DNA of 59,636 nt from Candidatus Micrarchaeota archaeon (GTDB lineage Archaea; Micrarchaeota; Micrarchaeia; Burarchaeales; JAKAKT01): positions 1-59,636 of the forward strand of contig JAKAKT010000100.1 of assembly GCA_021813385.1 (NCBI GenBank), read 5' to 3'. Positions 27,963 through 36,781 of the stretch are shown in pieces. The stretch's first letter is position 1; every line of letters starts with the position of its first letter. The notes under the pieces were generated by a model. The model was not told the origin of the DNA, ran no database searches, and saw only the letters and a program-made list of their open reading frames with translations. Made by a program: the position numbers and the translations under genes.

Positions 27963-28847
27963 GTGAGAGAGCACACAATCCGGCTCCTCGGGGAGGAGCT
28001 CGCAAAGGAGGGCTTCACGGCCTTCATCTGCCCGACTTCGGGCGGGTGCTTCGACATAGTGGCGAGAAGGGAAGGCCTCCTCCTCATCAAGGTGCTCCAG
28101 AACATCGACGGCTACACGCGGGAGCAGGCGGAGGACCTCAAGAACATCGCGAGCATGGCTTCAGCAAAGCCATATCTCGTGGGCGAGCAAACTAAGGAAT
28201 TCCTGCTCGAGGAAAACACGCTTTACGAGAGGCACGGGATTCCGGCTGTGAGTATTTCAACTTTCAGGCAGATGGTTTTCGAGAAGTCGCTCCCCGAGAA
28301 GAGGAAGTTCAGGAAATTAGGGGTGAGCATAGACCCGGAGAAATTCGCTTCAAGAAGGAGGGAGCTCGAACTCTCGCTCGAGGAGCTTTCGGACAAGGCG
28401 GGAATAGGGAAGAAGACGCTTTACCGCTACGAGCATGGAATAACCCTGGTGGACGAGCAGAAGCTCAAGAAGCTCGAGGAGATTCTCGGGACAGGTCTGA
28501 GGAAGGGCATAAACCCATTTGACGGGCTTGCGCCGGGAAAGACATTCGAGTTCCATGGCTTTTCCGCAATAGAAGCAAGAGCAGCCCCGTTCCAGGTTCT
28601 CGGGAAGGAGGAGGAGAGGAAGCACGACAAGGTGATGATGGGCAAGGAGGCCGATAGGAGGACGATGCTCAAGAGGGCGGAAACATACAGCAGGATTTCG
28701 GGAATTTTCGAATCGTATTCGTGTTTCCTAGTCAAGAACTCAAATGCCAATTCCCTCGGTGGAATCCCGCTCATCCGGGAAGAGGAGCTTTCGGGCCTGA
28801 AGAAGGCAAAGGAGCTGTTGAAGCTTATTGAGGAAAGGGGAGAATAG
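27963..28847 (+). CDS. Archaeal HTH regulator with nuclease-like folds (COG1395-like)
   Basis: CFDIVARR, LLIKVLQNID, YERHGIP, XRE HTH LSLEELSDKAGIGKKTLYRYEHG, APFQ. Confidence 0.85.
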   Translation: MREHTIRLLGEELAKEGFTAFICPTSGGCFDIVARREGLLLIKVLQNIDGYTREQAEDLKNIASMASAKPYLVGEQTKEFLLEENTLYERHGIPAVSISTFRQMVFEKSLPEKRKFRKLGVSIDPEKFASRRRELELSLEELSDKAGIGKKTLYRYEHGITLVDEQKLKKLEEILGTGLRKGINPFDGLAPGKTFEFHGFSAIEARAAPFQVLGKEEERKHDKVMMGKEADRRTMLKRAETYSRISGIFESYSCFLVKNSNANSLGGIPLIREEELSGLKKAKELLKLIEERGE

Positions 28848-28873
28848 CCGGACCAATCCACTTGCGTGACTCC

Positions 28874-30472
28874 ATGGAAAATTCAGATGTTTACGAAGAG
28901 CTGAACAAAAAATGGAAATCCACCTGCCACGTCCTCCTCGGGGGCGGGGTAGGCGAGCTCTCGTCATTCGCCGAATGGCTCAAGTCGGACCGCCCGCACG
29001 CCAGAACCGCGAAGTCATCGCTCAGCGGGAATAACGTGTCCTTCTTCGACTCGAGCTATCCGAAAAATGCGAGATGGATAGGCTTTGAGGAGATTGACTA
29101 TTCCGCCGCGGAGCAGCCGATAGACATCAACAGGATAAAGGACATCGACTCCATCCTCGAGGCCGTTTCCGAGAGGATCAGGTATTGCGGCAACATACTG
29201 CTAGGCGAATTCAGCGGCATCGAAAAGAGCACCACCATTCTGGATTCCCATTACGTGTATGCATCGCAATGGGTCTCGAAGTCAAAGTACATAGCCTACA
29301 CGACCAGCTGCGTATTGGGGGAGTGTCTTTTTGGCGGGCATTGGGTGAGCGGGAGCTACCAGATACGCTCGAACACTTTTATGAGCCACAGGTGCTTCGA
29401 AGTCGTTAAGGTTGACTACTCCTCCGACTGCTACTACTCCCACGGGCTTTCGGCCTGCCACGACTGCCTCTTCTGCTTCAACCTCAAGTCGAAAAGGAAC
29501 GCAATCGGGAACAACCCGCTTCCGAAGGACAAGTACCTGGCGCTCAAGGGCAAGCTTCTTTCCGAAATCAGGGAGGAACTCGAGAAGAACAAGCGGGTGC
29601 CCCACGTCTACGGGTTCGTGGCCGATGCGAAGCTGGACTATTCCAGAATGAAGGAGGCATTTTCCGGGATGCCCGGCCAACCCGAAACAAAGGCAGACCT
29701 CGCGCCTGTTGAGAAGGCGTTCACGAGCGCGGCGCGAGTGATATTCGAGACCGAGCTCAAGGGAATAATGAAATATTCGGAGTGGCTTTCTAGGAACATC
29801 CCGACGTTTGAGAACGGGGCTTCCTGCGCCTCCGGGAAGGGCCTGCTGGTTTCCGATTACGGGGATTTCCTGCAATTCCCGAGAAACCGTCTCATAAACG
29901 ACGCGGAGGCCGACTGGATTGGTCAGCGACTGACGCTTTCGGACGATGAGTGCGGATGCCTGTCGTTCTCAAGCGCCCCGGAATCGCTCTCGCCTATCGC
30001 CTACTACGACCCCGAATGGCAGGTGGGGAAACTCAACAACAACTTCGAATGTCCCGTCTCGGTGGACGTCTCCAACTCATACAGGACAATCATCGGAGTC
30101 TCGTCAAAGAAGTGCGCCATAGGGAGGTGGCCCAGGGAATCCGACAACATTTTCGGCCTGCACCGCGTCCGCCTTTCCTCCTTCTGCATCAGGTGCTTCC
30201 ATTCGGAGAAGCTGCAGAGGTGCTTCGAAGTCCTCGAGGGCAGGAACTGCAGCGACTGCCTCTATTGCCACAATATCGAGAATGTCCACGACTCGATGTT
30301 CTGCTTCAACACCAAGAACAAGAGGTATGCGATTGGGAACGTCGAGTTGCCCAAGGAAAAATACCTGGAGATAAAGAAGAGGGTTCTCGAACAACTCAAC
30401 GACGAGCTCACGAGGACCAACGCGATTTCGCTTTCAATCTTCAACCTCCTGGACAGGCCAAAAAAACAATAA
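28874..30472 (+). CDS. Cys/Ser-rich repeat protein with two internal repeats, function unknown
   Basis: Both halves end in RCFEV...CxxCxFCFNxKxKRxAIGNxxLPKxKYL; paralog of 49221-50846. Confidence 0.8.
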   Translation: MENSDVYEELNKKWKSTCHVLLGGGVGELSSFAEWLKSDRPHARTAKSSLSGNNVSFFDSSYPKNARWIGFEEIDYSAAEQPIDINRIKDIDSILEAVSERIRYCGNILLGEFSGIEKSTTILDSHYVYASQWVSKSKYIAYTTSCVLGECLFGGHWVSGSYQIRSNTFMSHRCFEVVKVDYSSDCYYSHGLSACHDCLFCFNLKSKRNAIGNNPLPKDKYLALKGKLLSEIREELEKNKRVPHVYGFVADAKLDYSRMKEAFSGMPGQPETKADLAPVEKAFTSAARVIFETELKGIMKYSEWLSRNIPTFENGASCASGKGLLVSDYGDFLQFPRNRLINDAEADWIGQRLTLSDDECGCLSFSSAPESLSPIAYYDPEWQVGKLNNNFECPVSVDVSNSYRTIIGVSSKKCAIGRWPRESDNIFGLHRVRLSSFCIRCFHSEKLQRCFEVLEGRNCSDCLYCHNIENVHDSMFCFNTKNKRYAIGNVELPKEKYLEIKKRVLEQLNDELTRTNAISLSIFNLLDRPKKQ

Positions 30473-30473
30473 C

Positions 30474-30587
30474 AAAAAAAGCGGGCCCGATCCCTAAACC
30501 GCAGGGGGAGCGCCCCCTTCAGTTTTAGGGCTAATCCTGATTCCCCCCTCGAACTCAACAACATATAATAAAAAAAAGCGGGCCCGA
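30474..30587. repeat. 17-bp direct repeat of the tRNA-Arg 3' end + T tract, flanking an 80-bp hairpin spacer
   Basis: AAAAAAAGCGGGCCCGA at 30474-30490 and 30571-30587; spacer hairpin CCCTAAA...GGGGGagcgCCCCC...TTTAGGG. Confidence 0.8.
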
Positions 30588-30696
30588 AGGGATGTGCACC
30601 GCAGGTGCACAGACGATTGCGCTGTGCGCAAGCGGATTCGAACCCTTATCCCGAGGTCCGAAGCCTCGTCGGCTATCCGGATTACCACACGGGCCC
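30579..30696 (-). tRNA. tRNA-Arg(UCG) with a 44-nt intron at 59/60 (30593-30636)
   Basis: GGGCCCG/CGGGCCC-G; anticodon arm CGAGG-CTTCGGA-CCTCG; T arm AAGGG-TTCGAA^T-CCCTT; intron helix CCGC/GCGG with a relaxed BHB (one mismatch); T-tract terminator. Confidence 0.88.
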
Positions 30697-30699
30697 AGG

Positions 30700-30915
30700 T
30701 TATATACTCCATCTGTAAATTTTCAGTCTTTTATTGTCTTTCATCAATCTTACAACGCCCCAACGCCTCAACCGTCCAATAATCTCATTTGTTGTTCTCC
30801 AATTGGTTCTTGCTTCTATGGAGATTTGGCTGACTGAAGTGCCCTCTTTTCTGTATTTTTTAAGTGCGTTTACGACTGAAGATTCTATTTCATCATAAAT
30901 CCTTCTTTTTGGCAT
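30700..30915 (-). CDS. Small winged-HTH protein
   Basis: TSVSQISIEARTNWRTTNEIIGRLRRWGVV; TTTAAA box about 25 nt upstream; stop lies 3 nt before tRNA-Arg. Confidence 0.7.
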   Translation of the reverse strand: MPKRRIYDEIESSVVNALKKYRKEGTSVSQISIEARTNWRTTNEIIGRLRRWGVVRLMKDNKRLKIYRWSI

Positions 30916-30983
30916 ATCTATATTATCTATACGTAGATTTTTAAACATATCCTACTAAATAGTTATAACTATATAGTGATAAA

Positions 30984-31673
30984 ATGAAAAGGGAAGACCT
31001 CGCATATTTTGTTGGAGTTTTACATAGCGACGGATGCGTCTTCACCTACAGTTTCAGAAACAAAACAAGACACAGATATATTTTGGATGTCGGAAAAAAA
31101 TCTCTGCCAATGCTAAAAAAGGTCAATCAAATCTTTCGTGAAGAATTCGGCAGAACGCTCAAAATCCGCAAAAAATTCCATAAAAATGAAAACCCGACAT
31201 TTTTGATAGAAGTCGACATCGCGAATTTAAGAGGCGCATTTGCCAGATTGAGCATTGATAAAGAGAAATTAGCGCCCTGGATTAAAACTAATCAACATTT
31301 CTTTTGTGCATATCTTGCAGGCGTTATAGACGGTGATGGTGACATCTCTATCAAAAGACCGCAATACCCTCAGTGCCGGGTCAGAATTACTGCTGGCGAA
31401 AAACTACCCAGATTGATGAAACTAATACGTCGGCACCTCAAATGCCCCGGCAATATTGAACGGGCCATTGTTTCTACATATACTTTGCCAAGGCCAAAAA
31501 TAAAATTTGGCATAGGATATCGGCACTGTTTTTACTTGTCTCCGAAGAACATGAAAATATTCAAAAAATTTGTCTTGCCGCATATCAATATAATGCACAA
31601 ACGACGGAAGTTGCTCGAGTTTTACACGTCCAGGAAAAATGCGCTATCCGTTGCGCCACGGGCCCGCGAGTAA
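30984..31673 (+). CDS. Free-standing double-motif LAGLIDADG homing endonuclease
   Basis: LAYFVGVLHSDG and YLAGVIDGDG motifs; basic protein; AT-richer than flanks; no intein splicing blocks. Confidence 0.9.
   Translation: MKREDLAYFVGVLHSDGCVFTYSFRNKTRHRYILDVGKKSLPMLKKVNQIFREEFGRTLKIRKKFHKNENPTFLIEVDIANLRGAFARLSIDKEKLAPWIKTNQHFFCAYLAGVIDGDGDISIKRPQYPQCRVRITAGEKLPRLMKLIRRHLKCPGNIERAIVSTYTLPRPKIKFGIGYRHCFYLSPKNMKIFKKFVLPHINIMHKRRKLLEFYTSRKNALSVAPRARE
31640..31665 (-). pseudogene. Isolated 5' fragment (nt 1-26) of a tRNA-Arg
   Basis: GGGCCCG-TG-GCGC-AACGGATA-GCGC-A with a perfect D stem and G18G19A20; TTTATAAA at 31691-31698 sits at promoter distance. Confidence 0.72.
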
Positions 31674-31710
31674 AGGTAGGGAATCTCGGATTTATAAATG
31701 TGGGACACTT

Positions 31711-32310
31711 TCAGAAGAACAGGTACAATCCGCCAGCGACAACCATGAACGCAACCCAGAGCCTCTTGTCCCAGTCCCACACCTTGCTGCCATCGAGCGG
31801 GAAAATCGGAATCATGTTGAAAAGCCCAAGGAACAGGTTAATCTTAAACCCAATGCCGAAAGCGGTCCTCGCCAGGTTTAATACCCCCCCCTCCCCAGGG
31901 ATTACGAGCATCATGAGCCAGAAAACAATCGCGAGAGCCAGGTTCGTCACCGGCCCTGCGAGCGAGATTATCCCGTTCTCTTTCCGTGTGATATAATTCG
32001 AATAGATGTATACTGCCCCAGGAGCAGCGAAAAGTATTGGCGATGGGGAAAGCGCAAGGACAATCATCAAGATGAGGCCGGGGAGCCAGGCCTTGTATAT
32101 GGCGTAAGCACCGTAACTCTTAGCCACCTGCCTGTGGGCAAGTTCGTGAAGGATGAACCCGAGCCCAACGGTAACAAAAGTTATGAAGAACATCAGCCAG
32201 AAGACAGGGTCATTTATGGCTGACAGCCCCCTTCCCCCGACCGAGAACGCAAAAGAGATGGCCAATACTGAGACCGCTATTTCTTGAATCTCCACTGAAT
32301 CCATAGACAT
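31711..32310 (-). CDS. M50 site-2 protease family metalloprotease
   Basis: HELAH, AGPVTN, FNMIPIFPLDG, TM helices. Confidence 0.93.
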   Translation of the reverse strand: MSMDSVEIQEIAVSVLAISFAFSVGGRGLSAINDPVFWLMFFITFVTVGLGFILHELAHRQVAKSYGAYAIYKAWLPGLILMIVLALSPSPILFAAPGAVYIYSNYITRKENGIISLAGPVTNLALAIVFWLMMLVIPGEGGVLNLARTAFGIGFKINLFLGLFNMIPIFPLDGSKVWDWDKRLWVAFMVVAGGLYLFF

Positions 32311-32335
32311 TACCAACAGCACCAAGAAGTGCAGC

Positions 32336-32731
32336 TCATATGACAGTCACGCCATCGGCAGTTTTCGGCCTGACCTCCTGCACAATCCTCACTTTCGCAG
32401 GAGTTATCAGCCCTTCATACGAAATTATTACTGCTTGGGCAAGCGTCCCGTCTGGAAGCGTTATGCCGATCGTGTCCCCCTTCTTCCCGCCCTCAAGGGC
32501 CACACAGGAAGATGCGTTGAACAGGAGAAAAGGCTCAACGTTTCCCTTTATCACAAGCAGCCCGTCGCCCTTCTTGACCTTTCTGATATAGGGGTAAGCA
32601 AGTGGGACCAGGAGGGAAACTCCCGCAGCCCCGGCCAAGAGTTTCCACAGCTCAAGTCCTGGGACCAGGGCCCAGGCTAGAAAAGCCCCAGCAATGAGCC
32701 CAAGAAATGCCTTGATGAAAAGTCCTATCAA
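32336..32731 (-). CDS. Membrane protein with 2 TM helices and a small beta (NfeD/OB-like) domain
   Basis: N-terminal hydrophobic helices; ALEGGKKGD; same operon as the DUF373 and M50 genes. Confidence 0.6.
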   Translation of the reverse strand: MIGLFIKAFLGLIAGAFLAWALVPGLELWKLLAGAAGVSLLVPLAYPYIRKVKKGDGLLVIKGNVEPFLLFNASSCVALEGGKKGDTIGITLPDGTLAQAVIISYEGLITPAKVRIVQEVRPKTADGVTVI

Positions 32732-32785
32732 CCAATCCCCCTATTCCCCCGCTCTCCTTATTGCTGACGAACGCTCCCGAACCCC

Positions 32786-33997
32786 CTAATACCTGATGAA
32801 AACCTTGTCCCCGATGTTCGAGATGTTCTCGAGGCTGATGCTAATCCTCTGCCCGAAGGCAGTCTGGACCACGAGCACCCCCCGCTTCTTGTCGACTCCG
32901 ACGATTTTTCCTATATAAGCGCCTATCTGGTTCAGCACTTCCTTGTTCTCAAGCTTCATCGAGCTCGCAATATTCGCCCTTACCTCTTTCATGACAGCTA
33001 TCGAGACCGCGCTGAGAATCACTGAACCGATTATCGCGAGCACGAAATCAGAGAAATAAGCGTCCGCGACCACCCAATCACAAGCCACCGTGAATATGAG
33101 CCAGAGCACAAGGGTGCTGACAGCATAAAGCCCATACTTCACGAGTTCATACCGTTTTTTCTCATGCAGAAGGTCGATGACTTTTCCGATGAGTGCAAGT
33201 ATAACCGCCCAGGGGAACAAGAGAAGTGCCGCCCTTATCGTGTAAGCTACTACTTTCACTGCGTCATAGGTTCCTTGGACTTCAACATATTTTTCGACAC
33301 CGAGCCAGAGCGATATGAGTATAAGCGGTATCGCAGCGAGGTATAAGATGAAACCCATCCTTTCCACGGAAACCTTGAAGCCAGAGAGCGAGCCGAGAAG
33401 CCTTTCCTCGACCCCAAACCCCTTTGCGAGCAGGTAGAGCCCTATTATTATCCCAAGAGGCCTCCAGGACCAGTCACTCGCCCACAGCACAAGTATCGCA
33501 ATGCCGGGAATCCCGAAGACGAGCCGCTGGTAATATGGCTCCTTCAATTTCTCGAGCAGCACGAAATATGTCTTCTCAAGCTCCTTGGCCTGCTTCATTA
33601 CGACAATTTTTGTTGAGTTCACCTTAAGGCGCGACTGGATTATCGGAAGCGTCTCATCGTCCGATGCCCCATCAGACACGAATATGCAATGGTCTGCAGG
33701 GAACTCCCTGAGCACCGTGTCAAGCTGCCCGCTGACTGCCTTGTCCGCTTCATAGCCGAGCCTCTTGTGGCCTGTGAGTGTAACAACCTGCCCCGTTTCC
33801 TCTGAGCCCAATTTGTCCAATATTCTAACTGCCTCGAACATCGCATTCGCGTCAGTCTCTTCTGGGTCAGCTAGGGCCAGCTTTGCAGCTGCCTCAAGGT
33901 TTGCCTCCCGGCCAACTACGGGTCCGTTTATACCGGCCTTTTCGTGGAGGTCGTCGTCCCTGTCCACGCAGATAACCAGGACTCTCTTTTTTGCCAT
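32786..33997 (-). CDS. DUF373-family membrane protein
   Basis: LVICVDRDDD, DPEETDAN, VSDGASDE, VMKQ...LEKTYF, GIPG; C-terminal PRC-barrel-like segment. Confidence 0.88.
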   Translation of the reverse strand: MAKKRVLVICVDRDDDLHEKAGINGPVVGREANLEAAAKLALADPEETDANAMFEAVRILDKLGSEETGQVVTLTGHKRLGYEADKAVSGQLDTVLREFPADHCIFVSDGASDDETLPIIQSRLKVNSTKIVVMKQAKELEKTYFVLLEKLKEPYYQRLVFGIPGIAILVLWASDWSWRPLGIIIGLYLLAKGFGVEERLLGSLSGFKVSVERMGFILYLAAIPLILISLWLGVEKYVEVQGTYDAVKVVAYTIRAALLLFPWAVILALIGKVIDLLHEKKRYELVKYGLYAVSTLVLWLIFTVACDWVVADAYFSDFVLAIIGSVILSAVSIAVMKEVRANIASSMKLENKEVLNQIGAYIGKIVGVDKKRGVLVVQTAFGQRISISLENISNIGDKVFIRY

Positions 33998-34112
33998 ACT
34001 ACCACAGTAAACCTAATACGCGTCCTTCGACGGATAATAAGGGCGGTATAGAATATAAGGATAACTATTTAAATATTGTCGAAGAGAACTATCTGCTCGT
34101 TCTGAGTCAGGA

Positions 34113-34670
34113 ATGATGCTTATGAAAGCCCCAGGCGAATTTCTAGGGACTGAAGAGGAATATGTCCCAGGATACGGTTCATACCAGGATGGAAGCAGCA
34201 TACATGCCTCGCTCCTAGGCGACCTTACAGTCGACAAGGAAAGGCGCATGAACATAAGCACAACCTGCAATGTGCCGATTGGCATAAAGCCAGGAATGGT
34301 CGTTTATGGCAGGGTCGAGGAGATTTTTGAGCCTGTCGCGCTAATCAGGGCCCAGCCCATAGGGACCGGGCGGGAGAGACAGGTGATAGACCAATTCTAT
34401 TGCGTGCTCCACGTCTCCAGGGTGAAGATGGGCTATGCCCGCAGCATACGGGACGAAGTGAGGATTGGGGACATAATAAAGGCAGTTGTTGACGAGATAA
34501 GCAACAATGAAATTTATCTGAGCACGAAGAGGGGCGGAATGGGGGTTATAAAAGCATTCTGCGCAAGGTGCAGGGAACCACTCACACTTGCCGAAGGGCA
34601 ACTCCTCACATGCGGCCGCTGTGAGAACCAGGAGAGGAGGAAGCTCGGGTCCCCGTACGGAAGGATTTGA
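34113..34670 (+). CDS. csl4: Exosome RNA-binding subunit Csl4
   Basis: PGEFLGTEEEY, S1 domain GDIIKA, GVIKAFCARC...CGRC...ERRK; adjacent to rpoL. Confidence 0.92.
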   Translation: MMLMKAPGEFLGTEEEYVPGYGSYQDGSSIHASLLGDLTVDKERRMNISTTCNVPIGIKPGMVVYGRVEEIFEPVALIRAQPIGTGRERQVIDQFYCVLHVSRVKMGYARSIRDEVRIGDIIKAVVDEISNNEIYLSTKRGGMGVIKAFCARCREPLTLAEGQLLTCGRCENQERRKLGSPYGRI

Positions 34671-34708
34671 AATAGGGCCACGACAAGAAATGCACATGGG
34701 GTGTTCTT

Positions 34709-35041
34709 ATGAAAGTGTCTGTTGCATCAAAAAAAGATAATCACCTTGAGGTTACAATGACGGGAGAAGACCACTCATTCTCGAATCTTTTGCGGGAAAC
34801 GCTTTCCGAGAATGATGATGTCGAGTTCGTTGCCTACAACATTGACCACCCGCAGCTAGGGCACCCCAAGCTTCAGCTTGTTACGAAGGGGAAGAAACCC
34901 CAGAAAGCCCTTTCAGAGGCCATAAAGAAGATTAGGAAAGAGATTTCCGAGTTCCAGAGTGCGCTTGATAAGGTGAAGGAAACAAAGAGCGAGAAGACGC
35001 ACAGGGAACACAAGGAGCACAAGGAAAAGAAGAAGAAATAA
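34709..35041 (+). CDS. rpoL: RNA polymerase subunit L (Rpo11)
   Basis: GEDHSFSNLL, VEFVAYNIDHP. Confidence 0.93.
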   Translation: MKVSVASKKDNHLEVTMTGEDHSFSNLLRETLSENDDVEFVAYNIDHPQLGHPKLQLVTKGKKPQKALSEAIKKIRKEISEFQSALDKVKETKSEKTHREHKEHKEKKKK

Positions 35042-35131
35042 AGGCTTATTCTCCGGGAAGCGAAGCTGCCAGCTCTGGTGAAGTGATGGGCTCGAAGAAG
35101 TCGATGGATGATTCCCGGGCCGGGGGTTTCC

Positions 35132-36643
35132 TTATTCTCTGGGTGCACTTAAACCTGCCCATCTCTGATTGAGATTGGCAAAATCCTGTTGTTTGTTCAT
35201 TATAGTACTTACTATAACCGCAATGCTGTCCGTGAGAGCATAACTAAATGTTGCACTTTGGTCTGTTCCATGTTTGTGGTCAAGTTCATGCACGTAAGTA
35301 GCCAACGCTTCATTGAACGGTTTCCCAAGGGTCTGCCTTGAAAGCCAAACGAAATCGCCATCATACTGGCCCTGGATTATGTTTTTTTCATCTTTAGCAT
35401 CATAAACCCAAATTTCTTTCTGCCCTTTTCCAAGCAGTGCTGCCGCTCCTTTTAAAACTTCCAGTCTCTGTGCCTCAGTTTCGGTAATTTCGACCCTATA
35501 ATGCGATTGGAGTTCCTTGTATCTTTGGCTTGCAGTTTTCATGCCTAGTTCCGCAAAAAATTTCGGCACAAGCTTGTACCCGGCTTCAGAAAGGCTTTTT
35601 TGAATGGAATAATCAAGGGGCAAATCATTAGCAAGATATTCATCTGAAAAAGTGCATTTCGCACCAGATTCAATCAAGCGTTCTGCGGTCTTTCTCATCA
35701 TCTTATACCCCACATCAAAAAAATCAGCTCTTTCCCATATCGGTTTAAGCGAGAATAACACCTTCTCAAGCATCTCTTGAGGGATATTCTCAACAAGATA
35801 ATCCACTGCCTTGTTCAATTCAGTGCGGGTAACCCGGCCTCGGTCCCTGTCCTTGGGCAGAATATCCGACCTGGAAAACCAGATATTGAAATGCTCAACG
35901 GTTTGCCATTTTTCCTCTTCGAAATGTGTTCTTTGGCCAGCAGCATAAAGATTGCCGTTTTTACTCTCTTTATCGCTGCTGATGAGCTTGAATCCGCCGA
36001 TTCCAGGCATATCCAGCGTCGGGTCTTTGAAATCCAGGTTATCCGGATGATAAAACAGTTCGCGCGCTTTCGAAAAAGCCTGTGCGGCCGCGTGGTCGGG
36101 AGTCACCAATTCAATATAGTTTCCTTTCAAACGCGATTTCGCTTCGGTTATGTGCGCAAAAAGGCCGCGTATAGGTTTCGGGTATTCGTCTTTAGGAAGC
36201 TCTGATAGCTGAAATTCAATCTGCCAGTCATTGGAGGCGTATTTCACGCTTTTGAATCCATAATCACGAAGAAGAACCAATGCGAGTATTTTGGCCCCTT
36301 CTCCAAACCCCCCAGCATCTTCCCCAGTTTTATCCGTAGCACCCAAGTGAAGGAGCATCCGGCGGTCATACTCGGCACCATTCGTTATTCTGACAACGTA
36401 ATCTCCTCCGCTTTTCTTTACCTCAAAGCGCACGTTTTCAAGGCTCTTCTTGTAATCATAAAAATTTTGCAGAACATCTCTCGCCGTTTTTTCAAGGCTC
36501 CACTTCACGCCATATGTCTCGAGTATGCCCATGTAATGGAAGTTGTCTCTGCTAGTCAGTAATCTCCTAGATTCATGAAAAGCGCTAGCCGGGTCTAACG
36601 CAGGGGCTTGGCTCGTTGTTTTTCGAAACCACCTTAATCCCAT
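35132..36643 (-). CDS. GHKL-ATPase-like N-terminus fused to a C-terminal HExxH (zincin-like) domain
   Basis: RDVLQNFYD (N box), LHLGATDK, GGFGEGAK (G2 box); C-terminal TYVHELDH...SATF; AT-rich. Confidence 0.65.
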   Translation of the reverse strand: MGLRWFRKTTSQAPALDPASAFHESRRLLTSRDNFHYMGILETYGVKWSLEKTARDVLQNFYDYKKSLENVRFEVKKSGGDYVVRITNGAEYDRRMLLHLGATDKTGEDAGGFGEGAKILALVLLRDYGFKSVKYASNDWQIEFQLSELPKDEYPKPIRGLFAHITEAKSRLKGNYIELVTPDHAAAQAFSKARELFYHPDNLDFKDPTLDMPGIGGFKLISSDKESKNGNLYAAGQRTHFEEEKWQTVEHFNIWFSRSDILPKDRDRGRVTRTELNKAVDYLVENIPQEMLEKVLFSLKPIWERADFFDVGYKMMRKTAERLIESGAKCTFSDEYLANDLPLDYSIQKSLSEAGYKLVPKFFAELGMKTASQRYKELQSHYRVEITETEAQRLEVLKGAAALLGKGQKEIWVYDAKDEKNIIQGQYDGDFVWLSRQTLGKPFNEALATYVHELDHKHGTDQSATFSYALTDSIAVIVSTIMNKQQDFANLNQRWAGLSAPRE

Positions 36644-36781
36644 GCTTAATTATACACAAAACCCATTAATAAAGGTTCGTGTTTTGTTATTTTTATGCCT
36701 AAAGGGAGACGAAGCTGACCGATTCATTTCGGATTCCAATTGGGCGCAAAGAAGAAGAAATAGGGCGTTCCTTAAGATTTC

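Noticed and set aside
30481-30560. Functional 3' tRNA half
   Set aside because: It has an acceptor 3' strand but no T stem or T loop in register.
30671-31640. LAGLIDADG region as a giant BHB intron of tRNA-Arg
   Set aside because: The only junctions giving a sound cloverleaf (25/26, 26/27) lack a central 4-bp helix, and the ORF is antisense to the tRNA.
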